Below, one piece after another: positions 38,768 to 50,682 of a stretch of DNA of 64,000 bases. The notes below the pieces were generated by a model that was not told the origin of the DNA, searched no databases, and worked only from the letters and a program-made list of their open reading frames with translations. The DNA is taken from positions 124,001 through 188,000 of the forward strand of contig ML978142.1 of assembly GCA_010015805.1 (NCBI GenBank), given 5' to 3'. This stretch comes from Rhizodiscina lignyota. Lineage: Eukaryota. The position numbers and the translations under genes were made by a program. Position 1 is the stretch's first letter. The number at the start of each line of letters is the position of its first letter.

Positions 38768-39055
38768 TTTCACGGTGATTGAGACTTTGATGGTAATGCA
38801 AGCTGCGAAGCATAGCCAGGTTTGTTCGATTTTCATCCAAGATGTGGCCGAGCTTTGATAGACGGCACTTGCTCTCTTACGGCACCATCGGTGCTCTAGA
38901 AATAATAATCCTTAATACGAGACCATAAAGAAGGGTATTGTGCAGTCGGATTTTTCATTCTCTCAAGACCGCCCTACCCAAAACGCTCCACAGCGCTCAG
39001 CGATATGCAAACTCCATAATCTTTTTACACGAATCGAATGTCATATCGGATATCC

Positions 39056-39791
39056 TCATGACGCCTTCCCCGCTTTATCCTTCTCCTCCATCTTACGTCG
39101 CGCGGCTAATATCATCTCCTCTCTCCTCTTCTGTAGCAGTGCTTGCCGCTCGGCTTTGTTGGCCGACCACGCCGGCCGCTTCTGCGCTCCTGTTCCTTCT
39201 GATGGTGTCGCGGCGGAAGATGACGTCTCTGCTGATGACGACACCTTGGAAGACAGGTTGTATCGCGTTATTAGATCTGGATGGGAGGGCTTTCGTGGCT
39301 GTGATGAGGCTGGTCGGGTAGGTGTGGATGTTGATGGTTGGGGGAGGATGGGTTGGAAGGATGGCGGTGGCTAGAGACTGCGTTATCATGTGATGTATGG
39401 TTGATGCTGTCTGATAGTGCGCAAGTGTGCGATGCTCCAAATGTCCACATCGAATCAAACTGAATAAGAGAATACGACATACCACCTCCAAACTCCGCCC
39501 ACTCAGCACCCTCTCCGTCGTCGCCTGCACACTCCCGCCGTTCCGCTGCAAGTCCCACATGATGTTTCTCCGGTTCAGCTGCGGGAACATTTGCGCCACC
39601 TGCTCGACATGCGCCGGGTTGACTCGACTGCCATTGTGCGCTGGCCTGTGGCCTCCTGATGCCGCGGAGGTGCTTGATGGAGAGTTGGAAGAGGGACTGC
39701 GGAAGAAGGAGAGAACGCCCCGGACTGCAAAGTAGCCGATCAGAAGGATAGCGATAGCTTGGAAGAGGTTGACGGAGGGTGCTTCCGCCAT
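39056..39791 (-). CDS. CUE-domain protein (Cue1/Cue4-like ER ubiquitin-conjugation factor), 2 exons
   Basis: N-terminal TM segment; VEQVAQMFPQL..RNIMWDLQRNGGSVQATTERVL (CUE); PDLITRYNL; C-terminal RREEMILAARRKM. Confidence 0.85.
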
Positions 39792-40223
39792 GGAGGGGAG
39801 ATTTGGAGGTGGGTGGTCGCGGGCGAGAGGGAGGAGATGCGAATGCTGTAGAAGAATGCGGAGGAGTTTGCTGTATTTAAAGAGAGAGTTCTTTCAAAGG
39901 GAAGCAATGTCGTGAGTGTTGTCTTGTGACGGAAACTTTGTGAATAATGGAAGACTGCACAACGGTCCGCGGTTTGATGCACAGATATGGAACAAGAAGT
40001 CGTGGTGACGCCTGATGCTTGACCAATGGTGAAGGGCGAAGCAACGGCTTTTTGTGCGGCGTCGTCCGATCTCTCTCCGCTGGGAGCTATCGAGCCTCTT
40101 AACATGTCCGAGGTCGGGCCAGTACCTTCTATATCTCGCAAGGAATGCCCTCTTGCTGGTCAATTGGGCTTTTGGAGGTGTCTTGGGTGTCTCCCTCAAT
40201 GTGATCTCATTCAGTCTGTGAAA

Positions 40224-41290
40224 ATGGCTTCATCTATTCTTCGCCGGGCAATACTCTACGGTTCGTAACCTTCCGCGTCTCGAGCGATGGAATTCTGACA
40301 TGAGAACAGTGCCCGGATCTTCACGAAGATTCCTGGACAAGTCCAGAGGGATCAATGTGGACATGGTAGCATATGATTTGGAGGACTCTGTCGCCCCAGA
40401 CCGCAAAGCCGATGCCAGAACGGCGCTTCGAGACTTCCTCTCCGAACCGAGATCCAAAAATGCCAAGGAACAGGCTGTCCGCATCAACTCCGTCGATAGT
40501 GGATTTGCCCTACAAGATTTGACTGAAGTGGTACGTTGGCTAGAGGATTTATGACGTTTCTGCAGACGTGCTGACCATCAGACAGCTGAAAGCCCCCAAT
40601 CTAGACGCCATCGTCATTCCAAAGGTCAATTCTGCATCAGACCTGAACTTTGTGACAGAAGTTATCCAGCATTACCTACCGGAAAGACATCCACTATCTG
40701 GCAAGCCATCGTCGCAACAACCGCCACTCCGCCTTCTCGCCCTGGTCGAATCCGCTAAATCACTCATGAATCTCGACAGCATTTGCAAAGCAAGCCCCTA
40801 TCTCTCCGCTCTCATGTTCGCAGCAGAAGACTTTGCACTCGACCTTTCCATCACCAGGACACCACCGCTGAGCGAGTTCTTGTACGCTCGATCTGCCATC
40901 GTGACAGCTGCACGTGCTCACAATCTGGCGTCTACCATCGACTTGGTTTGCACGAACTTCCGAGGCGAAGAGGGGATGAAGAATCTGGAGCAGGAGTGCA
41001 TCGGTGGGAAGAACCTAGGATTCAACGGGAAGCAATGTATTCACCCGACGCAAGTTGAGACGGCGCAGAGGATATTCTCGCCTGGCGAGAAGGAAGTCGA
41101 ATGGGCTGTCAGATGTGTCATTGCAGATGAGAAGGCCGACAAGCAGGGAAGAGGCGCGTGGACGCTGGATGGAAAGATGATTGATGTTCCTGTCGCCAGA
41201 AAGGCCAAGGGCATCGTCCAGAAGGCGGAGCTCTGTGGGTTCGATGTGCCAGCTATGAAGGAGAGATGGAAGGATCAGGAGCCCGAGTGA
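40224..41290 (+). CDS. Citrate lyase beta-subunit-like (CitE/CLYBL family) CoA lyase, 3 exons
   Basis: LRRAILY|VPGSS, YDLEDSVAP, AVRINSV, IPKV, FAAEDF, GFNGKQCIHPTQV and GKMIDVP. Confidence 0.9.
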
Positions 41291-41737
41291 TTGTAAATAG
41301 GCTTCGCTCCCAGAGTGTTTCGACGGTGCAACCAAAATAAACGACGGGGGAGCTCTCTTACACTGCCAATGGTTAACCTGTACCCGTTCTTTTCGTTTAA
41401 GCTCACAAAGGCTATCCAAAGGTGACATGGTCTCCCAGGGACCACATCACCCGATCCCACCAAGTGTCCGAAGGCATTAGCAAGTAAATGGTACAGTGTA
41501 TATATATTCACTAAATTTAAGATGAATAAATCTATATTTGAAATTACATATAAATCGTCTAGCTTTTGATGAATTTCATGTGAACTATAAATATCGTTCA
41601 CGTGCCTGGCGTCACTTTCGCGCGCACGGGGCAAAAGCAATCCCCGCGGCGCGTCCATAAATGATAACCATCTGTTCTACAGTCTATTCACAACAAATAT
41701 CAATTGATATACATTACTGTTGCTGGCACCAATTAGG

Positions 41738-43483
41738 ATGTCCGAGCAAGATGAGGCCCTTTTCCCCGGCAGTACAGACGAGCAGATGCCCTCGTCGCCT
41801 CCTTCCCTTCCGTCGCGTCCACCCATGGACCCACCCGTACTCAGTCGAAAGCGCACGCGAGCATCAGATTTAAGTTCAAATCACCCTTCTAGCGATCCGG
41901 CATTCTTCAGCAGTGACGACGCGTCGAACGATAACGTGGAGAACTATCAAGATGGCAAGAGACGGAAGAAACAGTTTCGTGGCGCGTGGTGGGATCGCGC
42001 CATGTACTCGGGCGCGTCACAAAGTGCGAGCGCTGATGCCTCGATAGGACCCGTGCCATCGAGAGACGGGGGAAAGACTCAGTTCACTAGAAACTTCGAT
42101 AGTGGCGTGTGGATGGGAAGTGACTCAACGGATGCATCTACGGAGCTGGCGAGCTCGCAAGAGCGTGGAGGTGCAACCGCGCCGTCAATGAACTTTGCCT
42201 CACTGAATCACCAACCACAGTACTCTAACATGCCTGCGGCACCGACAAGCAGCGTGGATAAGAGGGGCGAAGCCGAGCGTGAGGCTGCGCGCATCGTCGA
42301 CAAAGCACTGGAGATGCAAGCTCAGCGCGTTGACCTCTCTGGGCTGAACCTGACCGAGGTGTCTGACAGCACCATCTCTCCCCTGCACTCAATGGTGCGC
42401 TATGCACAACATCTGGACGACCAATCGGACAGCCCAAGAGAGTATTTTACCTTTCTGCCAACGATACAGCTCTTTCTGTCGTCCAATAGACTAAGGAGGC
42501 TGCCTAATGAACTCTTCAATCTCGACAACATCACCGTCCTCAGCCTGCGGAACAACAAGCTCACAGAAATACCGTCATGTATCCGCAATCTTCGCAATCT
42601 CGTGGAACTGAATGTTTCTGGCAACAAACTGCGCCACCTACCCTACGAGCTCCTTTCCATTCCGGATGGAGACACGAGGCTGAGCCGCTTGACCATCCTT
42701 CCGAATCCATTTGCGCAGATCATCCCTACTGCTGACGCGGCTAAATTGCCTATCATAGACATTCATCAGTTTATCGGAATTGAGGCTATCAAAGAAGACT
42801 CTACAATGTCTACTGCAAACTGGCCATTGCGTGGACAGACCTCGCGGCTGGCGGGCTGGGTGACCATCCTCGGAGAGCAGATGAGGGGGAGGTGGAAGTG
42901 GTCCAAACGGAGCTACCATCAAAGCATGGATGGTGATAGCAACGAGCACCTCCTACGACTCTCGCCGAAGGAGGACTACATGATCCGGCGTCAATTACTC
43001 AAGGCCAGGCCGATGCTCATCGCTTCAAGTCCCGTGGCGTACCTGAACTTGTTTGGGTCGCCTAATCAGTTGGGTGCGAGAGCACCGTCAGCAATGACAG
43101 ACGAGGAGCTCCAGGGTTTCTTTGACGATCCGTCAACATCGCCAGCCCAGGATGGGCCAAAAGCCCATTCGCTCGTCGAGCTTGCCCTTAAGGAGTGCAG
43201 TGCATCCGATTCTCTTTCGCAACTACACACTCTGCTTCCCGAAGATTCTCCTCGGCATGTGGTCGATGCACTGGACAATGCGCAGCAAGTCAAGCAAACT
43301 GGAGGCAAGCGCTGCTCGGTCTGTGGAAGAAGCTACGTCATCCCACGGACTGAATGGATCGAATATTGGCACTACGTCCCTGGCGAAATGAAGTGCTCCT
43401 TTTCGGAGCTCTTCGTTCCATTTCTGAGGAAGGGATGCAGCTGGAAGTGTGTACCGGACGGAAACCCGAGAACTTGGTTCTAG
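41738..43483 (+). CDS. Leucine-rich repeat protein with C-terminal Cys motif
   Basis: LFLSSNRLRRLPNELFNLDNITVLSLRNNKLTEIPSCIRNLRNLVELNVSGNKL; C-terminal CSVCGRSY...FLRKGCSWKC. Confidence 0.85.
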   Translation: MSEQDEALFPGSTDEQMPSSPPSLPSRPPMDPPVLSRKRTRASDLSSNHPSSDPAFFSSDDASNDNVENYQDGKRRKKQFRGAWWDRAMYSGASQSASADASIGPVPSRDGGKTQFTRNFDSGVWMGSDSTDASTELASSQERGGATAPSMNFASLNHQPQYSNMPAAPTSSVDKRGEAEREAARIVDKALEMQAQRVDLSGLNLTEVSDSTISPLHSMVRYAQHLDDQSDSPREYFTFLPTIQLFLSSNRLRRLPNELFNLDNITVLSLRNNKLTEIPSCIRNLRNLVELNVSGNKLRHLPYELLSIPDGDTRLSRLTILPNPFAQIIPTADAAKLPIIDIHQFIGIEAIKEDSTMSTANWPLRGQTSRLAGWVTILGEQMRGRWKWSKRSYHQSMDGDSNEHLLRLSPKEDYMIRRQLLKARPMLIASSPVAYLNLFGSPNQLGARAPSAMTDEELQGFFDDPSTSPAQDGPKAHSLVELALKECSASDSLSQLHTLLPEDSPRHVVDALDNAQQVKQTGGKRCSVCGRSYVIPRTEWIEYWHYVPGEMKCSFSELFVPFLRKGCSWKCVPDGNPRTWF

Positions 43484-43713
43484 GTCTTGCGATCTCCGAA
43501 GCGGTCGAATGTGGCTGCGAGACTCTCTGTATCATCTGTTCGGAGTACGCGAATCTTGTTGGAATGTTCGAATCCAATTGTCTCTAAAATGGCTTGAGCT
43601 ATACATAATGCAGGTCTCATACCCGTTGATATCGACTTTAAACATCTGGTGCCTGATCAGGCATGTGCAATCTTCCAAGCTTCTCTTTCAACAATATTCC
43701 AGTGTCTGCCTCC

Positions 43714-44851
43714 TCACGCTTTCCCCGCCGCCTTCCTCTGCGCCAAAAAGGCCTTGCCCGCCCTCGACTCATTCGCCTTGCCCAGCTCCGCATTAATCCA
43801 CTCCCCAATCTCCGCCATCCTCTGCATGTCCACGCCCGTGTCCAGGCCCAGGCTATGCAGCATGTGCACCATATCCTCTGTCGCCACATTACCCGTCGCC
43901 CCAGGGCTATACGGACACCCGCCCAACCCACCGACCGCGGTATCATATGACCGGACTCCGTGCTCCAGTCCTACGATCGTGTTCGGCAGAGCCTGCGCAT
44001 ATGTGTCGTGGAAGTGCAGCGCGATGTCCTCTGCTCTCACACCAGCTTGGCTAAGTGTTTCGAGGAGCTTCTTGGTGCGTGGGACGGTGCCCATACCCGT
44101 CGTGTCGGCGACGCTGATCTCGTTTGCGCCCATTTCCAAGAGTGTGACGGCCAGGTTCGCGACAGCGTGCGGATCAACGTTCGGGCCTTCATACGGACAA
44201 CCAAGTGCCACGGAGATGTATGCTCTCACCCCGATATTGCGTGCCTTTGCGGTGCTGAAGATGGGCTTGAAGCGTTCGAGGGACTCGGCCATGCTGCAAT
44301 TCGTGTTTTTGCGCGTAAAGGATTCTGTTGCGGCGGTGAAGATTGAGAGCTCGACTTCCGGCTTATCTTGTTTGGACGAGGTAGAGGATGGGGAGGGAGG
44401 TGGTGTGAGTGGTGCGGAGTCGAGCACTTTGAAGAAGTTATCCATGCCCTTCTGATTCGGGCATAGGAATTGGTATAGCACGGGGACAGGGGACGGCGGT
44501 GGTTGGCGCAGGACGTGCTCCATTACTTCTGCGGAGCTTGCCATCTGTGTATCAATGCTTTATGAGCTCTTCATGTCTCGGTTAAGTTGATAGTGGGATG
44601 GAACTCACCTGCGGTACCCATTTCGGGGCAACAAACGACGCCGCCTCAATTACAGGCACGCCTGTATGCGCCAGTCTCTCTGTGAGCTCGACCTTTGTCG
44701 CCAATGGTATGCTCTTCTTCTCATTCTGGAGGCCGTCGCGTGGGCCGACTTCGATGATCCGCACCTTGTCTGAAGCTGCGGTGGCTAGCCGGCGGCGACA
44801 TTGGAGAGAGCAGAGCCTCGTGAGGCGCGAGGGAGCTCGTGCGGCGAACAT
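43714..44851 (-). CDS. 3-hydroxy-3-methylglutaryl-CoA lyase, mitochondrial, 2 exons
   Basis: Arg-rich presequence; IIEVGPRDGLQNE, SFVAPKWVPQ|MA, LHFHDTY and GLGGCPYSPGATGNVATED. Confidence 0.95.
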
Positions 44852-45486
44852 GTTGTGTATAGGGGAAAGGGAGAATTCAGCGTGGTCAGGAAGGTCTCAT
44901 TGTTTATGTACGGTGCAGCGACCGATTCTCGCAGAGGATGTCCACCGATGCCGGCGGAGGTGAAGGCTCAGTACGGAGTACCAAGGTAAAGTTGGCGGGG
45001 GGCAGCGGAGATCTAATCTTATCGGCCGGGAGTGGAGGTACCCCAGCTCTAGATGGACATGTACCTATGGAGCTGGGTGCTTTTCGCCCCCCTTCCGGTT
45101 GATCTCCGGGTGTCTCGCTCACGGTCAGCCTGGGACTGAACCTTGCGACATCGTATATAATAATCGCCGACCCTGTGACGAGCACCTTGAGGTTTTTCTA
45201 CTTTCAGCTTGGAGAGTCCAAGTGGCGCGTTTACACATAAAACTCCTCCCGGCAAGTAGAGCATGATAACCTCCAAGGTCAATGCCGAACGTCCCAATAG
45301 CAGTTCGCCTGCCGCTTTTTGCAGTCGCAGATGAATGGCTCCGTGCTTACGTATCAGTCCGGCTCGTTCTGGTACACAATGGGCTGGTAGGCTATTCAGT
45401 CCATAAAGCCCTCGATTCCTGTAGGAGCTTTGATGTTTGATACGTTGCTTTTGCCTCCTTTCAAAGTCGCGCTCAAAATTCCCAAA

Positions 45487-46367
45487 ATGTCCTCCAAACC
45501 TGTCTTCATCCTCACGCCCGGTGCATGGCACACGATAGAGATTTACGACAGAGTCGTCCCGCTACTCGAAAAGAGAGGCTACACAGCCGTTCCAATCGAC
45601 TTGCCGTCCATGGTGCAAAAGCCGCCTGTCAAGTCGTTCGATGAGGATATCCAGACTATTCGCGACGCGGTCACCAAGGAGGCGGATGCTGGCAATGATG
45701 TCGTCACGGTAGCGCACAGCTGGAGCGGAGCACCGGTGAATAGTGCTTTAGATGCATTGAGTAAAGAAGAAAGGGCAAAGGAAGGGAAAAAGGGCGGCGT
45801 GGTACATATGAGCTTCTTGTGTGCATTCGTTGTTCCGCCTGGAGTCAGTGTATTTGATGTTGTGGGGCAGAAGGTTCCGGATTTGTGGAACGTTCAGGTT
45901 AGTTGCTGGTCTGACGGTGGTTACATGTAAGAGTGCAACTTGGCTTACTGACGGATGCGTTTAGGGTGATTTGGTGTATGCCAACGGCGCTGTTGAAGCA
46001 TTCTACAACGATCTGTCGGAAGAGGATCAGAAGCACGCAGTCGCTCAACTTGTGCCGCACTCCAGATTCACAAAGTACGACAAAACACGAGGCATGGCGT
46101 GCAAAGACATCCCTTCCTCATATCTCCTTTGCGAGCTGGATCAGGCAATCCCGATCTTCGCGCAAGAGGTAAGTCACTGATCGGCTACTGATTGACATTA
46201 TGCGGTTTGGACTCCAGGTTAATTGATTTTCTCAGGCCATGGTGAAAGGCGCACATGACATGGGGTCCAATATGAGGACAGAGCGGATCAAGTGCGGCCA
46301 CAGTCCGTTCTATAATATGCCAGAAGCGGTCACCGACTTCTTGATTCGAGCAGCTGGGGGACAGTGA
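45487..46367 (+). CDS. Alpha/beta hydrolase (Abhydrolase_6 / methylesterase-like), 3 exons
   Basis: ILTPGAWH oxyanion motif, VAHSWSG nucleophile elbow, CELDQAI (Asp) and GHSPF (His). Confidence 0.88.
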
Positions 46368-47176
46368 TGCTGCTCAATCGGTTTATTCACCTCTCTTTAC
46401 GAGCTGTTGGGTTCAACGAATATGCCGCTCATCGCAGGTGATACGCGCGGGCGTCCTTCGAAGGATGTGGATATTCCGAAACAGAGGTCGTATTATAGAA
46501 CTTTGTGCTCATGGCCAGTTCTAAACTCCTCAGTCACCGCGCCTCACTAAGCGTTGTCCAATTCTTTCAACCCATACATATGGCGCTCTTTGAGCCTGAG
46601 TGGCTTGTGGTAGTGGCGATATTGCTGCTCGCCACAGAGAGTGATTTCAGTGACATTCTGATATGTCTTTGCTTCTTATCATTTTCACATGATGTGTCAG
46701 TCAACATAACCATAACTGCAACCCCCACCCTAAACGAATTAGCGTCTTGACATGTATTCGGATATGGGCCACACAATGGTTATACGTACCAGCAATCATT
46801 GGTAGAGTCCAGAAAGCAATTTCTAACACTCTTCAGTCATAATAAAGTGAATTTTCTCGTTCGTTTCGTTGACTGCTTTTGCCCTCCATGTAGATGGTAT
46901 GGGAGACGAGCGGCCGATGTGCCTGTTTGGTCTATCGGTGCAGCAATGCACTTCCTAATTCTGCGTAATAGATTAGCTCTTGCGCTGATGATTGCAAGGA
47001 CATCACTTACTATGAACATCCTTTGTGGTGGTATGGTTAAACTTCCGAAGTGGCGCGCGTTGCTCCGTTGACGACGGAGAATCTCGGCAGACACAGATGC
47101 TGTTGTGGATGAGTAGAATGCAAGGCAAACACAAGTGGCCAATCCAAAAAGTGGTATTGGTCAATCGATCTTGCTC

Positions 47177-48233
47177 TCAGCACTTGATGTGCGCATTTCG
47201 GAAGGCCTGAGTCAGAGGTTTGCTTCCCAGCTGCTCAATTGCCCAGCGCAAAAAGGTGTCGAAGTTTGTACGCTCGGTCATCCCCCATCTGTGGCGCACG
47301 AAGTGTTTCAACTCGGCAAGAAATTCTTCATTTGGGTTGAAGTCGGGTGAGACGGGAGGGATGAAGACCAGAAAACATCCGGCGTCTTTGATCAGCTGTG
47401 CAACGCGCTCGCCGGTATGTATAGATGTCATGTCCATCACAATAACAGACTTCTCCGCAGGGAACTTGTTGCACTTTGGCAGGAGCCGATGTTCGAGCCA
47501 GTATTCGAAGCCTTCGACATCTGTCGCGCCATGGTACACCGAAGCTTCCAGCACGCCATTGATGGTTACTGCTGGGAGGACATTCCATTGTTGCTCTGGG
47601 TCTAGAAGCGTGTGCCGCGAGTTGGTGGGATGGCCGTTCTCCGCTCCATTCTCTCCATTCTCATCTGCGTCACTTCGTTGATCTTTCGTCGTCCAATTGG
47701 TGCGCCGGTAGCCAACTTCAGTGTCACAGCTTGATTCGTCTACGAACACCAGTTGGTTCGCCTCGAACTGACGGAGGAAGGTGAGGTAGTATTCGCGAAA
47801 CTCTTGATTCTCGAGCGCTGCAGCTTCTTGGGACTACCCATAAGGATTAGCACGTTTAATATCGAGGAACTGCTTCCCTCACCTCTTTCCTGGACCAATT
47901 GATAGATTTGAGCAGCCTTCCAACCATGTAATACGACACTTCGGACTTGAAAACGTCCTGCAGAAACGATGCCATCTCATCCTGGTACATGGTCGGTTTC
48001 TCCTTCAGCCGCCGAAGCAGCACATCCTTCATCTCATCGCTAATGTGTCCCGGCCGCCCAGGCGGCTTCGGATTCGGCTGAGTCGTGGTGCCCCATTTTC
48101 GCAGCTTGCCCCGAATCGCGGTCACAGAACGTGGGTTGCAGCTCACCAGCTCCGCGATGGTCTTGTTCGAGCGTCCCTCGGCGATGTACTGGACGATCAG
48201 CTCGTGCTGATGGTCTTCCAGCCGAGGAGCCAT
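47177..48233 (-). mobile_element. IS630-Tc1-mariner (Tc1-like, DD34E) transposase gene with a 49-nt intron; no TIRs seen
   Basis: N-terminal HTH regions with GRP motif and PTMYQDEMA; intron 47834-47882 (gtgagg...gctaat...tag) restores the frame; triad LVFVDES, VIVMD-34 aa-E (SPDFNPNE). Confidence 0.85.
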
Positions 48234-48782
48234 TGTTCTGATGTGACGGAGGCCTGTTGCATTATCCTTGGGGCTTGCTTGCCGGTGCTGGTTACACGGT
48301 GTATGCGAGGTTCAGGTGAGGTGGTCGAGCATTCTGTCACTTCTGAAGATGTGCCCTGCCGAAGTCCGCGAGCGTCACCTTCGCGTCGACCGCACCTTTC
48401 TCTCGCCCACCGATTTTCCGATGTTCCGTCCATCAGCCTTCTCGTCTATAAGTGTATTCGACGGTTTCTCTCTAACGGGTCTGCGGCCTCGCCCTGTGAA
48501 GCGCAGATGAACGTGTTTGAACGATTCGTAATGCTCTACTGCGAAGAAACCACCCCTGCTTTGGCTCCAGCTCAACACACGCCGACGGCAAGTAAAATGT
48601 TGAATACTCTTTCGCGTTTCTTGTTTAACAATTGTGTGCTTGGTGGGCAGTGACATCGAAATCGATCGCTTGATTGTTTCTTCTTTCCAAATTGCCTCTG
48701 CTTGGATTATACTAGCTAGACGTGTCATTAGATTTTTATCTTGCAATTATCTTGATTGACTAACTTTATAAGGGAATCGATC

Positions 48783-50080
48783 TTAGAGTACATTGTACGT
48801 CGCAATTGGACGGGGAGCACCGCCTATCTCATCAACTATCCTTCGGAAACAGCCCTCATTAAGGTGGTCTGGACTAACTCTCTGGATCATCTCAAAAGTC
48901 GAGGCTGAGCGTGGCCGTAATGACCAGCATTGGTAAGGGTGCGCTATTAGGAGGTCACCTTTCTTTCTAGCTTGTTGCATATGAAGCACGAGAGGACGCT
49001 CAGACGAATTCCTCGCATTGAAATGCACCACCGGAAATTCGGCATTCAACTCGGCATTCTCAACAGGGTCATGGCTTACTGAACCGACATGAACGCCGGA
49101 TAGTACGAGCGAAACCGGCTCATCCACGTCCTGTTCCTGCCAGAAATCAGAATGCATGTCCGCCAACCTGTTATGATCTGCAGGGTCGTCCCAGAATACC
49201 GGAACCCAGGACGGAAGGGCCAGTGTGGGCGATGCGGCGTGGATATCAGAGTGTCTCTTGGCCACTACCCCAAGACATGGACCTCGCACCTCGTTCATCT
49301 TGATCTTGCACAGCCGCACTAGGACCGCGGACATGCTAAGCTTGTAATCGATTAACATGTACTACTGGCCGGTCCCCTCTCTGTGCGTTGGCGAGCCTGC
49401 GACGGTCGGGAACTGGACTGCGTTGAGCAGCGCAGATATCTTGTCCAAGGGTTCCGTTGCCTGCATGTCGACTTGTAATATCTTATCATATAGATCAAGG
49501 AGGCCGGAAGCTGGGGAACGGTATGAAATTGCTTTGCTCCCAATTCTTTCGGCTTGTATTTCCTTTTGGGCACATTCTCAAGTGTCGAATGGATCTTGTT
49601 TGCGACCTTCTCCTGCTACGGCGACGGAGCAAATGCCCCAACAGAGTCTCTGTTGCAACTCGGTGCTTGCGACTACCTTGATTCTCGAAGCATGTCAAAG
49701 TGCAAAGGTATTGAAAGGCAATGAGGAGCCGCAGCATCCAAAATCTCAGTTCAATGCGGCCTGTATGAAATGTGCTGAGAGGCCTTTCAAGCGTTGGCCG
49801 ACAACCTCGTCGCGCTACGTAAAGTATCAAGCCGTCTGTCTGCACAAACGGAACACGAACTGCAAGATTCTCGCTCAATAGGAGTTCTTGATGTCTTTCG
49901 CAATGCTCCGATGCGTCCCTCCGAGACGGGAATGTTCCAGCGAGAAACTTGCAAGAAGTTCATGCATATTTCCCGACATCATACGCAGAGTTCAATCCCA
50001 GTTGGCCCATATCGCGCAATAAGCTAGCTGCGGCTTAAAGTTCCGTTTCGCATGTTCTTCCTGCGCCCCGAATGTCATGT
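48783..50080 (-). pseudogene. Degenerate HET-6-like gene remnant
   Basis: QATEPLDKISALL (cf. ATDPRDKIYALL), in-frame TAG at 49362-49364, then IDY...LPSWVP; further stops upstream. Boundaries approximate. Confidence 0.5.
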
Positions 50081-50682
50081 GTTCCAAGACTGCCAGCTTT
50101 GCTGGAGAACTTGGTCACTGAGTTGCAGAACTTGGTGGAGCGAGATCAAGACAGATGCCCTGGCCAGCCCTGGATTATTCACCGAGCCCTAACAAGGCTT
50201 GATTGGATGCGGAAGTGTAGGCAACGCGTACCTACATAAGTCTGTTTCGGCTCCCCGGAGTTTGCGCGTGCCCCTGACGCCCACGTTGGCTTTGCAGAGT
50301 GCCGAGCGGCGAGGCCAGAGGTCAAAGGTGCGCCGCTCCAATCACCTTCACTGCGCGACATTCTTCCCCAGACTTCATGCCGCCTTTCTGGGATGGATTC
50401 AACCTTCTCTGCGCCCAGGTATCCATATGGTATCGCGATTCTCCGCCATGTGTCATGGGTGTCAAAGGTCAGGCCGAATGTCATTGCATGCTGCGAAGCA
50501 TGTCTTTTCCTCTCCTGTATTTCAAATTCTTGTCTTGGGCCGTTTGAGGATTTGAGCATGCCGATTTCCCTATTGTGTTATGTACCGTTCAAACGGTCTT
50601 CGTGACTCCCTACGCAGCTCTGATCCTTCGCTCCTCTTGCCTTTCCCAGTGAGACGTCTCTTGGAGATCAGCATCTCTGGCA

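Noticed and set aside
41480..41660. AT-rich patch followed by a CGCG-rich stretch upstream of the LRR gene
   Set aside because: About 100 bp only, with no repeat structure. Consistent with an ordinary terminator/promoter boundary; cannot support a RIP relic or MCB call.
43649..44455. Long antisense ORFs (e.g. 43649..44455 +, 60013..60765 +, 1842..2351 +)
   Set aside because: Shadows of real genes on the opposite strand, with no recognisable motifs.
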